DNA of 64,000 nt from Bacteroidota bacterium (GCA_013286485.1 JABDFN010000001.1:4867-68866); one strand, 5' to 3'; counted from the first letter of the stretch, positions 39,299 through 48,720 are shown. The notes: generated by a model not told the origin, from the sequence alone. Numbers and translations: made by a program.

Positions 39299-40390
39299 TT
39301 ATTGTAAATTAATAAAATCTATAGAATTTTTATCTCCGAAGGCTATTTTTACTCTCTCTATATGTGTATCGGTAAGCAATACCTGGCCAAAGTCCGGGTG
39401 TTGGATCATTTGAAATAATGCTTCAGCACGTTTTTGGTCCAGCTTTTCAAAAATATCATCAAGCAACAAAATCGGGTTATTATGGTGATGCGTTCTAAGA
39501 TATTCGTATTGGGCAAGTTTTAAAGCAAATAAAAAGCTCTTTTTTTGGCCTTGGGATGCGAAATTTTTCAATACAGATGTATTTAATATAAAATCCCAGT
39601 CATCTTTATGCAATCCCCTTGAAGTCCGCTGCAGTCGTATATCCTGTTGAAAACTACTTTCAAGCCAGGCTGCTAATTTTTTTTCAGAAAGATCAGTTTC
39701 ATAAATGATTTGCACCTGTTCTTTTCCGTTGCATAATTGCGTATACAATTTTTGTAAAACAGGTAAAAATAAATCAATAAATTCAGCACGTTTTTGATGT
39801 ATATAATTACCGGTTTCAACAAGCTTCTCGTTATAAAAATCCAGTGCTGCCCTGTCTATTGAAGGAGCGGTATTTTGCTGTTTTAACCATGCATTTCTTT
39901 GTAATAATACCTTTTGATAGGTCAACAAATTCTCGAGGTATAGCATATCTGTTTGCCCTAAAATACTATCCACCCATTTTCTCCTTTGTTCACTTGCCCC
40001 ATTTATAAGTTCAATATCGTCCGGTGCAATTATTACACTTGCATATTTCCCTATATGATCAGATGGTTTTTCATAAATTATATCATTAGCATATATTTCT
40101 TTTTTACCCTCGGCCCACTTGCAGGATATTTTCTCATTAACACCATTTTTTTCAAAAAACCCTTCTACTCTAAACCCATCAGTTCCCTGCATGACAATGC
40201 TTTGCTGATATGAACTAAAATAACTCTTAGTATAACATAGGTAGTATATTGCATCCAGTAAATTGGTTTTGCCACAACCGTTGGGCCCTGTTATACAGGT
40301 AATAGGTGTTTTAAAGCTGAACGTTGCTTTTGAATAATTACGAAACTGTAATAATGATATATGTTTTATAGTGCTCAAGCTGAGAGACAA
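39299..40390 (-). CDS. recF: DNA replication and repair protein RecF
   Basis: 363 aa with LLQFRNY, Walker A GPNGCGKTNLLDAIYYL, and the C-terminal signature/Walker B region LLLDDIFEKLD. The start codon is TTG and its exact position is uncertain. Confidence 0.92.
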   Translation of the reverse strand: MSLSLSTIKHISLLQFRNYSKATFSFKTPITCITGPNGCGKTNLLDAIYYLCYTKSYFSSYQQSIVMQGTDGFRVEGFFEKNGVNEKISCKWAEGKKEIYANDIIYEKPSDHIGKYASVIIAPDDIELINGASEQRRKWVDSILGQTDMLYLENLLTYQKVLLQRNAWLKQQNTAPSIDRAALDFYNEKLVETGNYIHQKRAEFIDLFLPVLQKLYTQLCNGKEQVQIIYETDLSEKKLAAWLESSFQQDIRLQRTSRGLHKDDWDFILNTSVLKNFASQGQKKSFLFALKLAQYEYLRTHHHNNPILLLDDIFEKLDQKRAEALFQMIQHPDFGQVLLTDTHIERVKIAFGDKNSIDFINLQ

Positions 40391-40429
40391 GAACGAAAGT
40401 TTTTATATTTTCGCACAAATTTAAAAATA

Positions 40430-41422
40430 GTGCAAACTCCGTTTGGCAAAGAAACATATTTATACTGGTATGAGATAATGCTATTATTGCGTCGCTTTGA
40501 AGAAAAAGCAGGCCAGTTATATGGTATGCAAAAAATACGTGGATTTTGCCATTTATATATAGGCCAGGAAGCAATAGCCGCGGGAATAATGACGGCAATA
40601 CGTGATGACGACAATTTAATTACCGCCTACCGCGACCATGGTTTAGCAATTGCTAAAGGAATAACTGCAAACGCTTGTATGGCAGAGCTTTATGGTAAAG
40701 CAACCGGTTGCAGTAAAGGCAAAGGCGGTAGTATGCACTTCTTCTCAAAAGAAAAGCGTTTTTTTGGCGGACATGGTATTGTTGGGGGGCAGATAGGATT
40801 GGGTGCAGGTATTGCCTTTTCAGAACAATACCAAGGTACTGACAGAGCAACTATTTGTATGTTTGGTGATGGTGCAGCCAGGCAAGGTATGTTGCATGAA
40901 ACTTTTAACATGGCAGTGCTTTGGCAATTACCTATCGTGTTTATTTGCGAAAACAACTATTATGCTATGGGCACCTCGGTAGAACGTACTTCAAAAGTGC
41001 TCGATATATACCGAATGGCAGATGCCTTTGATATGCCCGGTGATTCTGTTGATGGAATGAGTTGTGAAGAAGTGCATAAAGGTATAGAGCGTGCTGTAAA
41101 GCGTGCACGTGAAGGTGGAGGACCCACTTTTTTGGAAATTAAAACATATCGCTATCGCGGTCATTCTATGAGCGACCCGGCTAAATATCGCACTAAAGAA
41201 GAGCTGGAAGAATACAAGGAAAAAGATCCGATCAACCAGGTTATGAAAACTATTTTGGAAAACAAATGGGCAACAGAAGAACAAATGGAACAAATAAATG
41301 AAAAAGTGAAACACGAAATAGAAGCAGCAGTTCAATTTGCAGAAGAGAGCCCATGGCCAAATGATAGCGAACTATATGAAGATATATATGCAGATAGCAC
41401 TTATCCATTTATAAAAGATTAA
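40430..41422 (+). CDS. pdhA: pyruvate dehydrogenase E1 component, alpha subunit
   Basis: KETYLYWYEIMLLLRRFEEKAGQLYG...RGFCHLYIGQEA and the TPP motif GDGA-x-(n)-NN are present. The ORF-track start 40361 overlaps recF. I prefer GTG 40430, which gives 330 aa, but the start remains uncertain. Confidence 0.88.
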   Translation: MQTPFGKETYLYWYEIMLLLRRFEEKAGQLYGMQKIRGFCHLYIGQEAIAAGIMTAIRDDDNLITAYRDHGLAIAKGITANACMAELYGKATGCSKGKGGSMHFFSKEKRFFGGHGIVGGQIGLGAGIAFSEQYQGTDRATICMFGDGAARQGMLHETFNMAVLWQLPIVFICENNYYAMGTSVERTSKVLDIYRMADAFDMPGDSVDGMSCEEVHKGIERAVKRAREGGGPTFLEIKTYRYRGHSMSDPAKYRTKEELEEYKEKDPINQVMKTILENKWATEEQMEQINEKVKHEIEAAVQFAEESPWPNDSELYEDIYADSTYPFIKD

Positions 41423-41466
41423 ACCACCCTATTATACTAAACAGTTAAATAATCATTTCAATTAAA

Positions 41467-42159
41467 ATGGCAAATAAAGCAAGAACACAAGCGGGCATGC
41501 AAACTGCAGCTAGAAAAGAAGTTAACGTATTTGATAAATTAGCGATCTTCTACGAAAAAAATAAAAAGAATATTAATACTGTTTCGACTGTCATTGTACT
41601 AATTGCAGCAATCGGGTTTGCTTATTTTAAATTATACAAAGCACCTCGTGAAGAAAAGGGAGCTACGGCATTATCTTATGCTCAACGCTATTTCCAGGTA
41701 GATTCACTCAACTTAGCATTAAACGGAGACGGGCAGCATATGGGGTTATTGAAAATTGAGAGCAAATACAGTGGCACCAAAGCTTCTAACCTGGCGCATT
41801 ATTATACAGGCATATGCTATCTGAAAGGTGGCGATTTCAACAATGCCATTAAACAATTAAAAGATTTTGATGGCAAAGGAACCATGTTGCAATATGCTGC
41901 ATGGGGCGCGCTTGGAGATGCATATATGGAGAACAACAACATTAATAAGGGCATAGAATATTATAACAAGGCAGCTGAAAACAAGAATGATGCTATATTA
42001 ACTCCCGTTTATTTGTTTCGTGAAGGCTTGGCTTATGAAATGAATAACCAACCTGAAAATGCCATAAAAGCCTACAAACGTATACGCGATGAATATCCGC
42101 AAAGTTTTGAAGGACGTGATATTGATAAATACCTGGCTCATTTAGGCGAACTGAATTAA
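41467..42159 (+). CDS. TPR-repeat membrane-anchored protein (YfgM-like)
   Basis: 230 aa with one TM (VSTVIVLIAAIGFAYF) followed by TPR-like helices. Confidence 0.65.
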   Translation: MANKARTQAGMQTAARKEVNVFDKLAIFYEKNKKNINTVSTVIVLIAAIGFAYFKLYKAPREEKGATALSYAQRYFQVDSLNLALNGDGQHMGLLKIESKYSGTKASNLAHYYTGICYLKGGDFNNAIKQLKDFDGKGTMLQYAAWGALGDAYMENNNINKGIEYYNKAAENKNDAILTPVYLFREGLAYEMNNQPENAIKAYKRIRDEYPQSFEGRDIDKYLAHLGELN

Positions 42160-42184
42160 AATATTTTACTAAAAAATTATCATA

Positions 42185-42227
42185 TCCCCTTTTTAACTTT
42201 GATGGCGAAAAGGGGATTTTTCTTTTT
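42185..42227 (+). terminator. intrinsic terminator (TCCCCTTTT ... AAAAGGGGA + T-rich tail)
   Basis: 9-bp stem with a 14-nt loop, followed by TTTTTCTTTTTC. It ends 3 nt before the ribH ATG. Confidence 0.6.
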
Positions 42228-42229
42228 CT

Positions 42230-42739
42230 ATGGCACAATCACAAAACAGCAACTCGCTATTTGACATTAATCATTTACGGGATTTGCAACTTCCCAAAGT
42301 AGCAATAGTATATACTGAATGGAACGAAAAGATTGTACGGGAATTAGTTAATGGCTGCGAAAGCACTTTACATAAATTCAGAGGCGACATTATTCAGAAA
42401 ATAGCTGTACCCGGATGCTTTGAGCTACCCTTTGCATGTAAGCAACTTTGGGAATATTGCGAACAAAAAGGAGAAAAGCCCGAAGCCATTATTGCTTTTG
42501 GCGCAGTAATACGTGGCGGCACACCTCATTTTGATTATGTATGTAAAGCTGTAACAGAGGGCATCTTACAACTCAACCTCACCCTACCCGTTCCTGTAAT
42601 TTTTGGCGTGCTTACTTTAGACAACGAAGAACAAGCATGGGAACGCCTTGGTGGTGCTCACGGGCATAAAGGAGAAGAAGCAGCTATTACCGCTTTAAAG
42701 ATGATCTGGAATACAAGAAATAAACTTACTCATAATTAA
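42230..42739 (+). CDS. ribH: 6,7-dimethyl-8-ribityllumazine synthase
   Basis: 169 aa. VPGCFELPFA and GAVIRGGTPHFDYVC are lumazine synthase signatures. Confidence 0.95.
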   Translation: MAQSQNSNSLFDINHLRDLQLPKVAIVYTEWNEKIVRELVNGCESTLHKFRGDIIQKIAVPGCFELPFACKQLWEYCEQKGEKPEAIIAFGAVIRGGTPHFDYVCKAVTEGILQLNLTLPVPVIFGVLTLDNEEQAWERLGGAHGHKGEEAAITALKMIWNTRNKLTHN

Positions 42740-42746
42740 TACTGAA

Positions 42747-43466
42747 ATGAACGTTCAACTCTTTATACCTTGTTTTGTAGACCAGTTATATCCTGAAACG
42801 GGGATGAATATGGTAAAGGTGCTGGAAAAACTGGGTTGCAAAGTATCTTATAATAACAAACAAACCTGTTGCGGGCAGCCAGCCTTTAACGCGGGATACA
42901 GAGATGAAGCAAAAACTGTAGCTGATAAATTTCTGAAAGATTTTAATGGTGACGGCTATATAGTAGGGCCAAGCGGTTCGTGCACAGGATATGTTCGTAA
43001 TTATTATGAAAAACTATTTGACAATAGTTCCGGGCATAACCTGAGTAACAAAGTGCGCAACAACATGTATGAATTCACGGAATTTTTGACCAATGTGTTG
43101 AAAGTAGAAGACCTGGGAGCCGTGCTTCAGGGCAAAGCTACTTATCATGATGCTTGCGGGGCATTACGCGAATGTGGTATTAAACAAGGTCCCCGCCGAT
43201 TATTGCAACATGTAAAAGGACTTGAGATGGTGGAGATGAAAGAATGCGAAACCTGTTGCGGTTTTGGAGGAACATTTGCTGTGAAATACGAACCCATATC
43301 TATCGGCATGGCACAAACAAAAGTGCAAAGTGCATTAGATACAGGGGCCAAATACATGATAACTACTGATGTTTCCTGTATGATGCACATACAGGGGTAT
43401 ATTGACAAGAATAATCTGCCTATACAAACTATGCATATAGCAGATGTGTTGGCAAGCGGCTGGTAA
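42747..43466 (+). CDS. (Fe-S)-binding CCG-domain protein, LutA/GlcF-like
   Basis: 239 aa with two cysteine-rich CCG motifs (QTCCGQPAFNAGY and ETCCGFGGTFAVKY). No lutB or lutC follows. Confidence 0.8.
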   Translation: MNVQLFIPCFVDQLYPETGMNMVKVLEKLGCKVSYNNKQTCCGQPAFNAGYRDEAKTVADKFLKDFNGDGYIVGPSGSCTGYVRNYYEKLFDNSSGHNLSNKVRNNMYEFTEFLTNVLKVEDLGAVLQGKATYHDACGALRECGIKQGPRRLLQHVKGLEMVEMKECETCCGFGGTFAVKYEPISIGMAQTKVQSALDTGAKYMITTDVSCMMHIQGYIDKNNLPIQTMHIADVLASGW

Positions 43467-44084
43467 TTATTTATCCAACAATTTCAAATCCAAATCGAAT
43501 GCAGAAGTGTGTTTTGCAAAACTGATCATGCATCTTGCCATATCTTCCAACATAGGCAGTGTTTCATTTCCACCAAAATCGTAGCAATCAGTATACCCGA
43601 TATCTCTTGCAAGCAATTGAACTGTAGCCTTTGCTTTTTTACTATCCCCTGCAATAAAGATGTCAATGAGGCTATCTTTATAAAACGCATGTAAAGGGCT
43701 ATGGTATTCTTTGCAACTGAAGCATTTTACAATATGCTGAGAGCCCGTGATTGCCCTTGCAGCATTTAATGTATTGATACCTGATTCACTCTTTGCTGCA
43801 AGGATCTCCGTTGCATCAATTACTATTTTATCTCTAACATCATCTATTCTATATGCTACTTCCCGAATACAAGATGGGTCTGTAGCGATTATGATAATAT
43901 CAGCAGCAAGTGCCGCATCTTCCAGAGAACAAAAGATGATACTGTCTTCGTAAGAAAAATAGCTTTTTATCTCTTTCTCTTCTTCTTTACTGATAGCAGA
44001 TACAAAAACATGATGCCCCGCTTCAAAAAGTTTTTCTGCAAATGTGATACTTGTTCTGTTGGCTCCAACAATAGCAATGTCCAT
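43467..44084 (-). CDS. NAD(P)-binding Rossmann-fold protein (F420 oxidoreductase / ProC-like), degenerate glycine loop
   Basis: MDIAIVGANRTSITFAEKLFEAGHHVFV is a beta-alpha-beta start. The start is trimmed to ATG 44084. The family assignment is weak. Confidence 0.5.
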   Translation of the reverse strand: MDIAIVGANRTSITFAEKLFEAGHHVFVSAISKEEEKEIKSYFSYEDSIIFCSLEDAALAADIIIIATDPSCIREVAYRIDDVRDKIVIDATEILAAKSESGINTLNAARAITGSQHIVKCFSCKEYHSPLHAFYKDSLIDIFIAGDSKKAKATVQLLARDIGYTDCYDFGGNETLPMLEDMARCMISFAKHTSAFDLDLKLLDK

Positions 44085-44370
44085 GCACGCAAACACCTTA
44101 TAACTCATGATACTCTTTTATAAATTTTTATTTATCGGGTAGTGGCTTCAGCAACACTACTATTTGCTTCTCTCTTAGTCTCTACGTTGTAAATCGAGAA
44201 CAAAATTCAAAACAAAAACTTGCAATTACAAGCAACTGCACGGTCATAGGTATGTAAGACAGGAGAGGCACCCTATGTGATAAGAATAAGCCTTTGAGGA
44301 GACATGTTATATACATATAACAATATCCAAAATTATGGAATTAACCATATGTTAATGACAAACATATTAC

Positions 44371-44397
44371 AAAGGCGGGGAAGCGACTGACCCCACC
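44371..44397 (-). terminator. probable terminator of the OsmC-like gene
   Basis: The minus strand reads GGTGGGG tcagtcgctt CCCCGCC TTTGT: a 7-bp stem with one G-T pair and a weak T tail. Confidence 0.45.
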
Positions 44398-44429
44398 TAT
44401 GATTCAGGAATCAACCTATTTAACGAGGC

Positions 44430-44840
44430 TTATGCTAGAGATGCGTCCAATGTTATCTCGCAATTATAAGCTTTAGAAACCGGGCAATTTGCCTTGGCAT
44501 TATCAGCACATTCTTTAAACTTATCTGCTGTGATACCCGGTATTTTAGCACGTAATGTTAATTCACTTTTGGTAATAGAACCATTGTCTATTGTTACGTC
44601 ACACTTCGTTTCTAATTCATCGGGCGTAAAACCTGCTTCACCCAAAACAAATGAAAGTTTCATATTAAAACAACCCGCGTGGGCAGCAGCCATCAATTCT
44701 TCCGGATTAGTGCCTATACCATCTGCAAACCTTGTGCTCCATGAATACTGGGACTTATTCAATACGGTGCTTTGAGTAGTTAAATACCCCTTACCCTCTT
44801 TACCCGAGCCATTCCATACAGCAGTAGCATTTCTTTTCAT
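44430..44840 (-). CDS. osmC: OsmC family peroxiredoxin
   Basis: 136 aa. WNGSGKEGKGYL...NPEELMAAAHAGCFNM plus a second conserved Cys (NCPVSKA). Confidence 0.9.
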   Translation of the reverse strand: MKRNATAVWNGSGKEGKGYLTTQSTVLNKSQYSWSTRFADGIGTNPEELMAAAHAGCFNMKLSFVLGEAGFTPDELETKCDVTIDNGSITKSELTLRAKIPGITADKFKECADNAKANCPVSKAYNCEITLDASLA

Positions 44841-44938
44841 ATATTTTTTATTTTTTGTAATTCAAAGATAAGCCCCACAGCAGGAAAAATATCATTAAAG
44901 AATTGATAAATCTATCTTGTTTTAAACGTGGGTTTGTC

Positions 44939-44946
44939 TACTTTTG
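44939..44946 (+). promoter_or_regulatory. -7 promoter box TACTTTTG upstream of prs
   Basis: TAnnTTTG match 19 nt upstream of ATG 44965. Confidence 0.5.
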
Positions 44947-44964
44947 CAATCCATTCTATAATAC

Positions 44965-45909
44965 ATGCAGCCATCAGTAAAGATATTTTCAGGGACAAAT
45001 TCAAAGTACCTGGCGGAACATATTGCCAAAGCCTTTGGTAAACCATTGGGAAATGTAGACACACAACGGTTCAGTGATGGTGAGTTTCAACCTGTTTTTC
45101 GTGAGTCAATACGGGGCGACTATGTTTTTTTGGTGCAATCCACTTTTTCACCCTCTGATAACCTATTTGAACTATTGATGATGATAGATGCCGCGCGCAG
45201 GGCATCTGCCAGCTATATTACCGCTGTAATACCCTATTTTGGCTTTGCCCGACAAGACCGTAAGGATAAGCCCCGTGTTTCCATTGCATCTAAGCTGGTG
45301 GCTAATTTGCTGACCACAGCAGGGGCCAACCGTATAATGACCATGGACCTGCACGCTCCTCAAATTCAAGGTTTTTTTGATATACCCGTGGATCACTTAG
45401 ACAGCTCGGCCATTTTTATCCCATATATTGATAATCTTAAGATAGAAAACCTTACCTTTGCGTCCCCTGACGTGGGCAGTACCAACCGTGTGCGTGAAGT
45501 TGCCAAGTATTTTGAGGCTGATATGGTGATCTGTGATAAGCAACGCAAACGGGCTAATGAGATAGCAGGAATGACCGTGATAGGTGATGTGACCGGAAAA
45601 AATATAGTGTTGATAGACGATATCTGCGATACAGCCGGAACACTTTGCAAATCAGCAGCAGTACTTAAAGAAAAAGGCGCCTTATCGGTGCGGGCTTTTT
45701 GTACTCACCCGGTACTGAGTGGTAAAGCATACGAGAACCTGGAGAATTCCGAATTGGAAGAGCTGGTTGTTTGCGATACTATACCACTGAAGCGGGAGTG
45801 TTCTAAAATAAAGGTTCAATCAACTGCGGAATTGTTTGCAGTAGCTATCAGGAACACTTTTGAGAACAAATCAATAAGTTCTTTATTTATTCATAGCAAC
45901 CGCAAATAG
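44965..45909 (+). CDS. prs: ribose-phosphate pyrophosphokinase
   Basis: 314 aa with the motifs FSDGEFQP and PYFGFARQDRK, and the PRPP-binding loop VLIDDICDTAGT. Confidence 0.96.
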   Translation: MQPSVKIFSGTNSKYLAEHIAKAFGKPLGNVDTQRFSDGEFQPVFRESIRGDYVFLVQSTFSPSDNLFELLMMIDAARRASASYITAVIPYFGFARQDRKDKPRVSIASKLVANLLTTAGANRIMTMDLHAPQIQGFFDIPVDHLDSSAIFIPYIDNLKIENLTFASPDVGSTNRVREVAKYFEADMVICDKQRKRANEIAGMTVIGDVTGKNIVLIDDICDTAGTLCKSAAVLKEKGALSVRAFCTHPVLSGKAYENLENSELEELVVCDTIPLKRECSKIKVQSTAELFAVAIRNTFENKSISSLFIHSNRK

Positions 45910-46019
45910 GTTGTTTTTGACTTTTGAATTAAACTAACTGTTTATACAAAAAAACCTGTCTCTTGTTCTTTTGAACGGATAGACTTCTAAGATTTGATAA
46001 AACGAGTTTTCAACGTCCG

Positions 46020-46027
46020 TATGTTTG
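46020..46027 (+). promoter_or_regulatory. -7 promoter box TATGTTTG upstream of rplY
   Basis: TAnnTTTG match 45 nt upstream of ATG 46072. Confidence 0.35.
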
Positions 46028-46071
46028 ACGGGTATTCGAACGGCGCTGGAAAGACAAAAAAAAGCACACAA

Positions 46072-46716
46072 ATGAAAAGTGTAAAAATTGAAGGCAAACG
46101 CAGAAGCGACCTTGGCAAAAAAGCTACACGCCAACTTCGTTCTGAAAACCAAGTACCGGGTGTAATTTATGGTGGCACAGAGACCATCCATTTCAGCGCA
46201 CCAGCAATAGCATTTAAAAACCTGGTGTATACACCGGATTTCCAGGTGGCAGAACTGAATGTAGACGGTAAGAACTACCGTACTATAATGAAAGACCTGC
46301 AGTTTGATGTGGTAACAGATGAACTGAACCACATAGACTTCCTGGAACTGGTTGAAGACCGCAAAGTAATTGCTGATCTTCCTATCAGATTTCACGGGCA
46401 GCCACAGGGTGTAAAGGACGGCGGTAAACTTGTACTGAAAGTAAAGTCTTTAAAAGTAAGGACCTTACCTAAATACTTAACAGAGCACATTGATGTGAAT
46501 ATTGATAACCTGCAACTGCATGGCAATATTCGCGTAGAAGATGTAAAGATCGCGAACGTGGAAATATTAAATACACCACGCGTACCTATTGCATCTGTTG
46601 TAACTACACGCGCATTGCAAGTGGAAGAAGCTACTACTGCACCTGCAGCCGGAGCAGCGCCAACAGCAGCGCCTGTAGCAGGACCTGCACCAGCAGCCCC
46701 AGCAAAAAAGAAATAA
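46072..46716 (+). CDS. rplY: 50S ribosomal protein L25/general stress protein Ctc, with Ala/Pro-rich tail
   Basis: MKSVKIEGKRRSDLGKKATRQLRSENQVPGVIYGG is the Ctc N-terminus. The start is set at ATG 46072. The low-complexity C-terminus reads APAAGAAPTAAPVAGPAPAAPAKKK. Confidence 0.93.
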   Translation: MKSVKIEGKRRSDLGKKATRQLRSENQVPGVIYGGTETIHFSAPAIAFKNLVYTPDFQVAELNVDGKNYRTIMKDLQFDVVTDELNHIDFLELVEDRKVIADLPIRFHGQPQGVKDGGKLVLKVKSLKVRTLPKYLTEHIDVNIDNLQLHGNIRVEDVKIANVEILNTPRVPIASVVTTRALQVEEATTAPAAGAAPTAAPVAGPAPAAPAKKK

Positions 46717-46768
46717 GAAAACCTCTTCCCTGCCCTCTCCAAAGGAAATGGAAGAAAGAGAACGATAT

Positions 46769-46798
46769 AACCTCTGTAATTTTTACAGAGGTTTTTTT
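46769..46798 (+). terminator. intrinsic terminator of rplY
   Basis: AACCTCTGTAA ttt TTACAGAGGTT followed by T6. Confidence 0.8.
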
Positions 46799-46800
46799 AT

Positions 46801-47409
46801 TTATTTTCTTTCGTATTTCCAGTTTCTGCCCTTGCCTTCTGCGATCCATTCTATCGCAGATCTCAATCGATTGTTTTTTGTAGCTTCTGTTTTAGCATCT
46901 GCAATCCACATGGCATATTCTTTTTTGAAGCTATAGCTTGCAGCATCGAAGATCTTCTGCGCTTTTTTATTTTTGCTTAAGGCCTTTGTAAGTTCTGCGG
47001 GGATAACCAATTCTTCTTTTTCTTTCTTAGCTTTTGGCGGCAGCTTTATTCCTTCTTTATTTAAACGTGCAGCTTCTTTTATATATTGCTTCACCAGCTT
47101 ATCAGAGGGCATATCTTTTAGCATTTTGAATAAACCCAAATGGCCCACCGCATCTCTTTCATCCAGTTGCAATATACCCGCAGGGTCTGCCATTATTTTC
47201 CCTTTCCAAAAGGTGATGATAGCATAATTTTTAAAGGCCGCCATCATACACATACCCTTGCCACAATAGTCAAATGCGCAGTGGCTCCATTTTATAGTTT
47301 CCTCCACATCGGGTACAACAGCATGTACTAATTCGCGGATATGCTTTAGAATGGGACGCGCATATTCAGGTGACTTAGCTATATAGGCATCAATGCGTTT
47401 ATCAACCAT
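46801..47409 (-). CDS. DUF1801 (YdhG-like) + YdeI/OmpD-associated domain protein
   Basis: 202 aa. The N-terminus has IDAYIAKSPEYARPILKHIRELVH...ETIKW and the C-terminus has FDAASYSFKKEYAMWIADAKTEATKNNRL. Confidence 0.7.
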   Translation of the reverse strand: MVDKRIDAYIAKSPEYARPILKHIRELVHAVVPDVEETIKWSHCAFDYCGKGMCMMAAFKNYAIITFWKGKIMADPAGILQLDERDAVGHLGLFKMLKDMPSDKLVKQYIKEAARLNKEGIKLPPKAKKEKEELVIPAELTKALSKNKKAQKIFDAASYSFKKEYAMWIADAKTEATKNNRLRSAIEWIAEGKGRNWKYERK

Positions 47410-47605
47410 GATTTTCCTGATTTGTTAAAGATTACCAAGGTAAAATGAAAAAATAATATAGACAAAGTGTGAGTGAAAAAGGGGACCGGGGCGGGAAAGA
47501 ATGATACAATATTTGAAATGATTCTTATTACACTCTCCCCCTACCCCCTCCGAAGGGGACACGAGTTACACTAGCCATTTATAGGAAGTTTGGTCGGAAA
47601 AGCAT

Positions 47606-47696
47606 GTTCACTTCCTTTCACTCATTGATACTTTTCTTTCACTTCTGTTTCACTTTTGTTTCACCTTTGTTTCACCTTCTTTCACTTTTGTTTCAC
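47606..47696 (+). repeat. phased array of (T)TTCAC boxes, 10-11 bp period
   Basis: TTTCAC starts at 47616, 47637, 47648, 47659, 47670, 47680 and 47691, and GTTCAC at 47606. The core unit is TTTCAC(T/C)TTTG. Further copies lie at 47767 and 47775. Confidence 0.8.
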
Positions 47697-47980
47697 CGAT
47701 TTTTCATAAAACAAGCGTTTTCAAAACGGTTTTTCATTGATACTGAAGCAGTTATGTTTTTTTCATTTTCACCGATTCACCGAAATGGATATATACAATA
47801 TGTCAAAGAACTTTTAATAATTAGCTAATTAGCTGATATGCCAATGTGCTAATGATGGCGCAAGTTACTATTGTGAGAGTGCGGTTTCCAAAAAAAGATA
47901 ATCACATTTTAATAGTTGTAAGTAGATAGTAGAAAGAATTGGATATTGGATGTGAAAATGTGGATATTGTGGTCTCTATG

Positions 47981-48038
47981 ATCCGTCTGACCGCACAACG
48001 TTATCCGTCTGACCACATATAGCGGTACTGACGGATAA
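47981..48038 (+). repeat. two direct copies of ATCCGTCTGACC(G/A)CA plus one inverted TTATCCGTC half-site, 48 nt upstream of the SRPBCC gene
   Basis: Direct copies at 47981-47997 and 48003-48019. The inverted GACGGATAA lies at 48030-48038. Confidence 0.7.
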
Positions 48039-48085
48039 TGGTATTGTTTTTGTATTCAGTAATTTTAAAAATTAAAATAAAAGCA

Positions 48086-48514
48086 ATGGCAAAACTTACA
48101 GCAACAACGAGCATAGATATACAGGCACCTAAAAGCAAGGTGTGGCAGGCGCTTACCGACCCTAAAGCAATAAAGGCTTATTTGTTTGGAACAGATGTAC
48201 ACACAGATTGGAAGAAGGGCAGCCCAATAACTTATACCGGCGTATGGGAAGGCAAACCATACGAGGACAAAGGTGTGATCGTAGATATAAGACAGGGCGA
48301 ATATTATCATAGCACTTATTATAGTCCGCTGAGTGGCAAAGAGGATAAACCCGAGAATTATAATAACGTGATATGGGAATTGAAGGAAAATAACGGGCAA
48401 ACAATTGCATCTGTTTCGCAGGATAATATTGAGAATAAAGAAGGCATAGAAAAAGCAAAACAGAACTGGAATTTTGTATTGAAGGGAATGAAGGAATGGG
48501 TGGAGAAGAATTAG
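48086..48514 (+). CDS. SRPBCC-fold protein (Aha1/AHSA1-like)
   Basis: MAKLTATTSIDIQAPKSKVWQALTDPKAIKAYLFG is typical of AHSA1/SRPBCC. The start is set at ATG 48086. Confidence 0.8.
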   Translation: MAKLTATTSIDIQAPKSKVWQALTDPKAIKAYLFGTDVHTDWKKGSPITYTGVWEGKPYEDKGVIVDIRQGEYYHSTYYSPLSGKEDKPENYNNVIWELKENNGQTIASVSQDNIENKEGIEKAKQNWNFVLKGMKEWVEKN

Positions 48515-48720
48515 TTGAGTAAGTTGATTAGTTGAATAGGTTGTCACAAAATATTCGGGACTCGTGTGCGATAAAAAATCCCTCCCTGACCTTCGGTCGT
48601 TCCCTTGCAGGAACCTCCAGAGGGGACATTAATATTTCCCGCAGAGACTCGCGGACCCCGAATATTCGGGGCGCAGATGGAGCGCAGATCTTTCAATACT
48701 TTGTTCAGGAGATTTCTCCT

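Noticed and set aside
44109-44429. AT-rich 320-bp spacer with small palindromes (GTTATAT-N2-ATATAAC at 44306-44321, TTAAC-N5-GTTAA at 44341-44355), considered as a riboswitch or operator.
   Set aside because: No conserved riboswitch core is recognisable. Short AT palindromes are expected by chance at this composition. Only the terminator-like hairpin at 44371-44397 was kept.
46392-46849. Minus-strand ORFs (116 and 71 aa) opposite the 3' end of rplY.
   Set aside because: They are products of the GC-rich Ala/Pro codon run of the L25 tail read in reverse (Ala/Gly strings), and they run through the rplY terminator.
47604-47828. 74-aa ORF MFTSFHSLILFFHFCFTFVSPLFHLLSLLFH...
   Set aside because: It is a read-through of the TTTCAC phased array (Phe/His/Leu from TTT/CAC/CTT words). 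No coding signal remains beyond the repeat.
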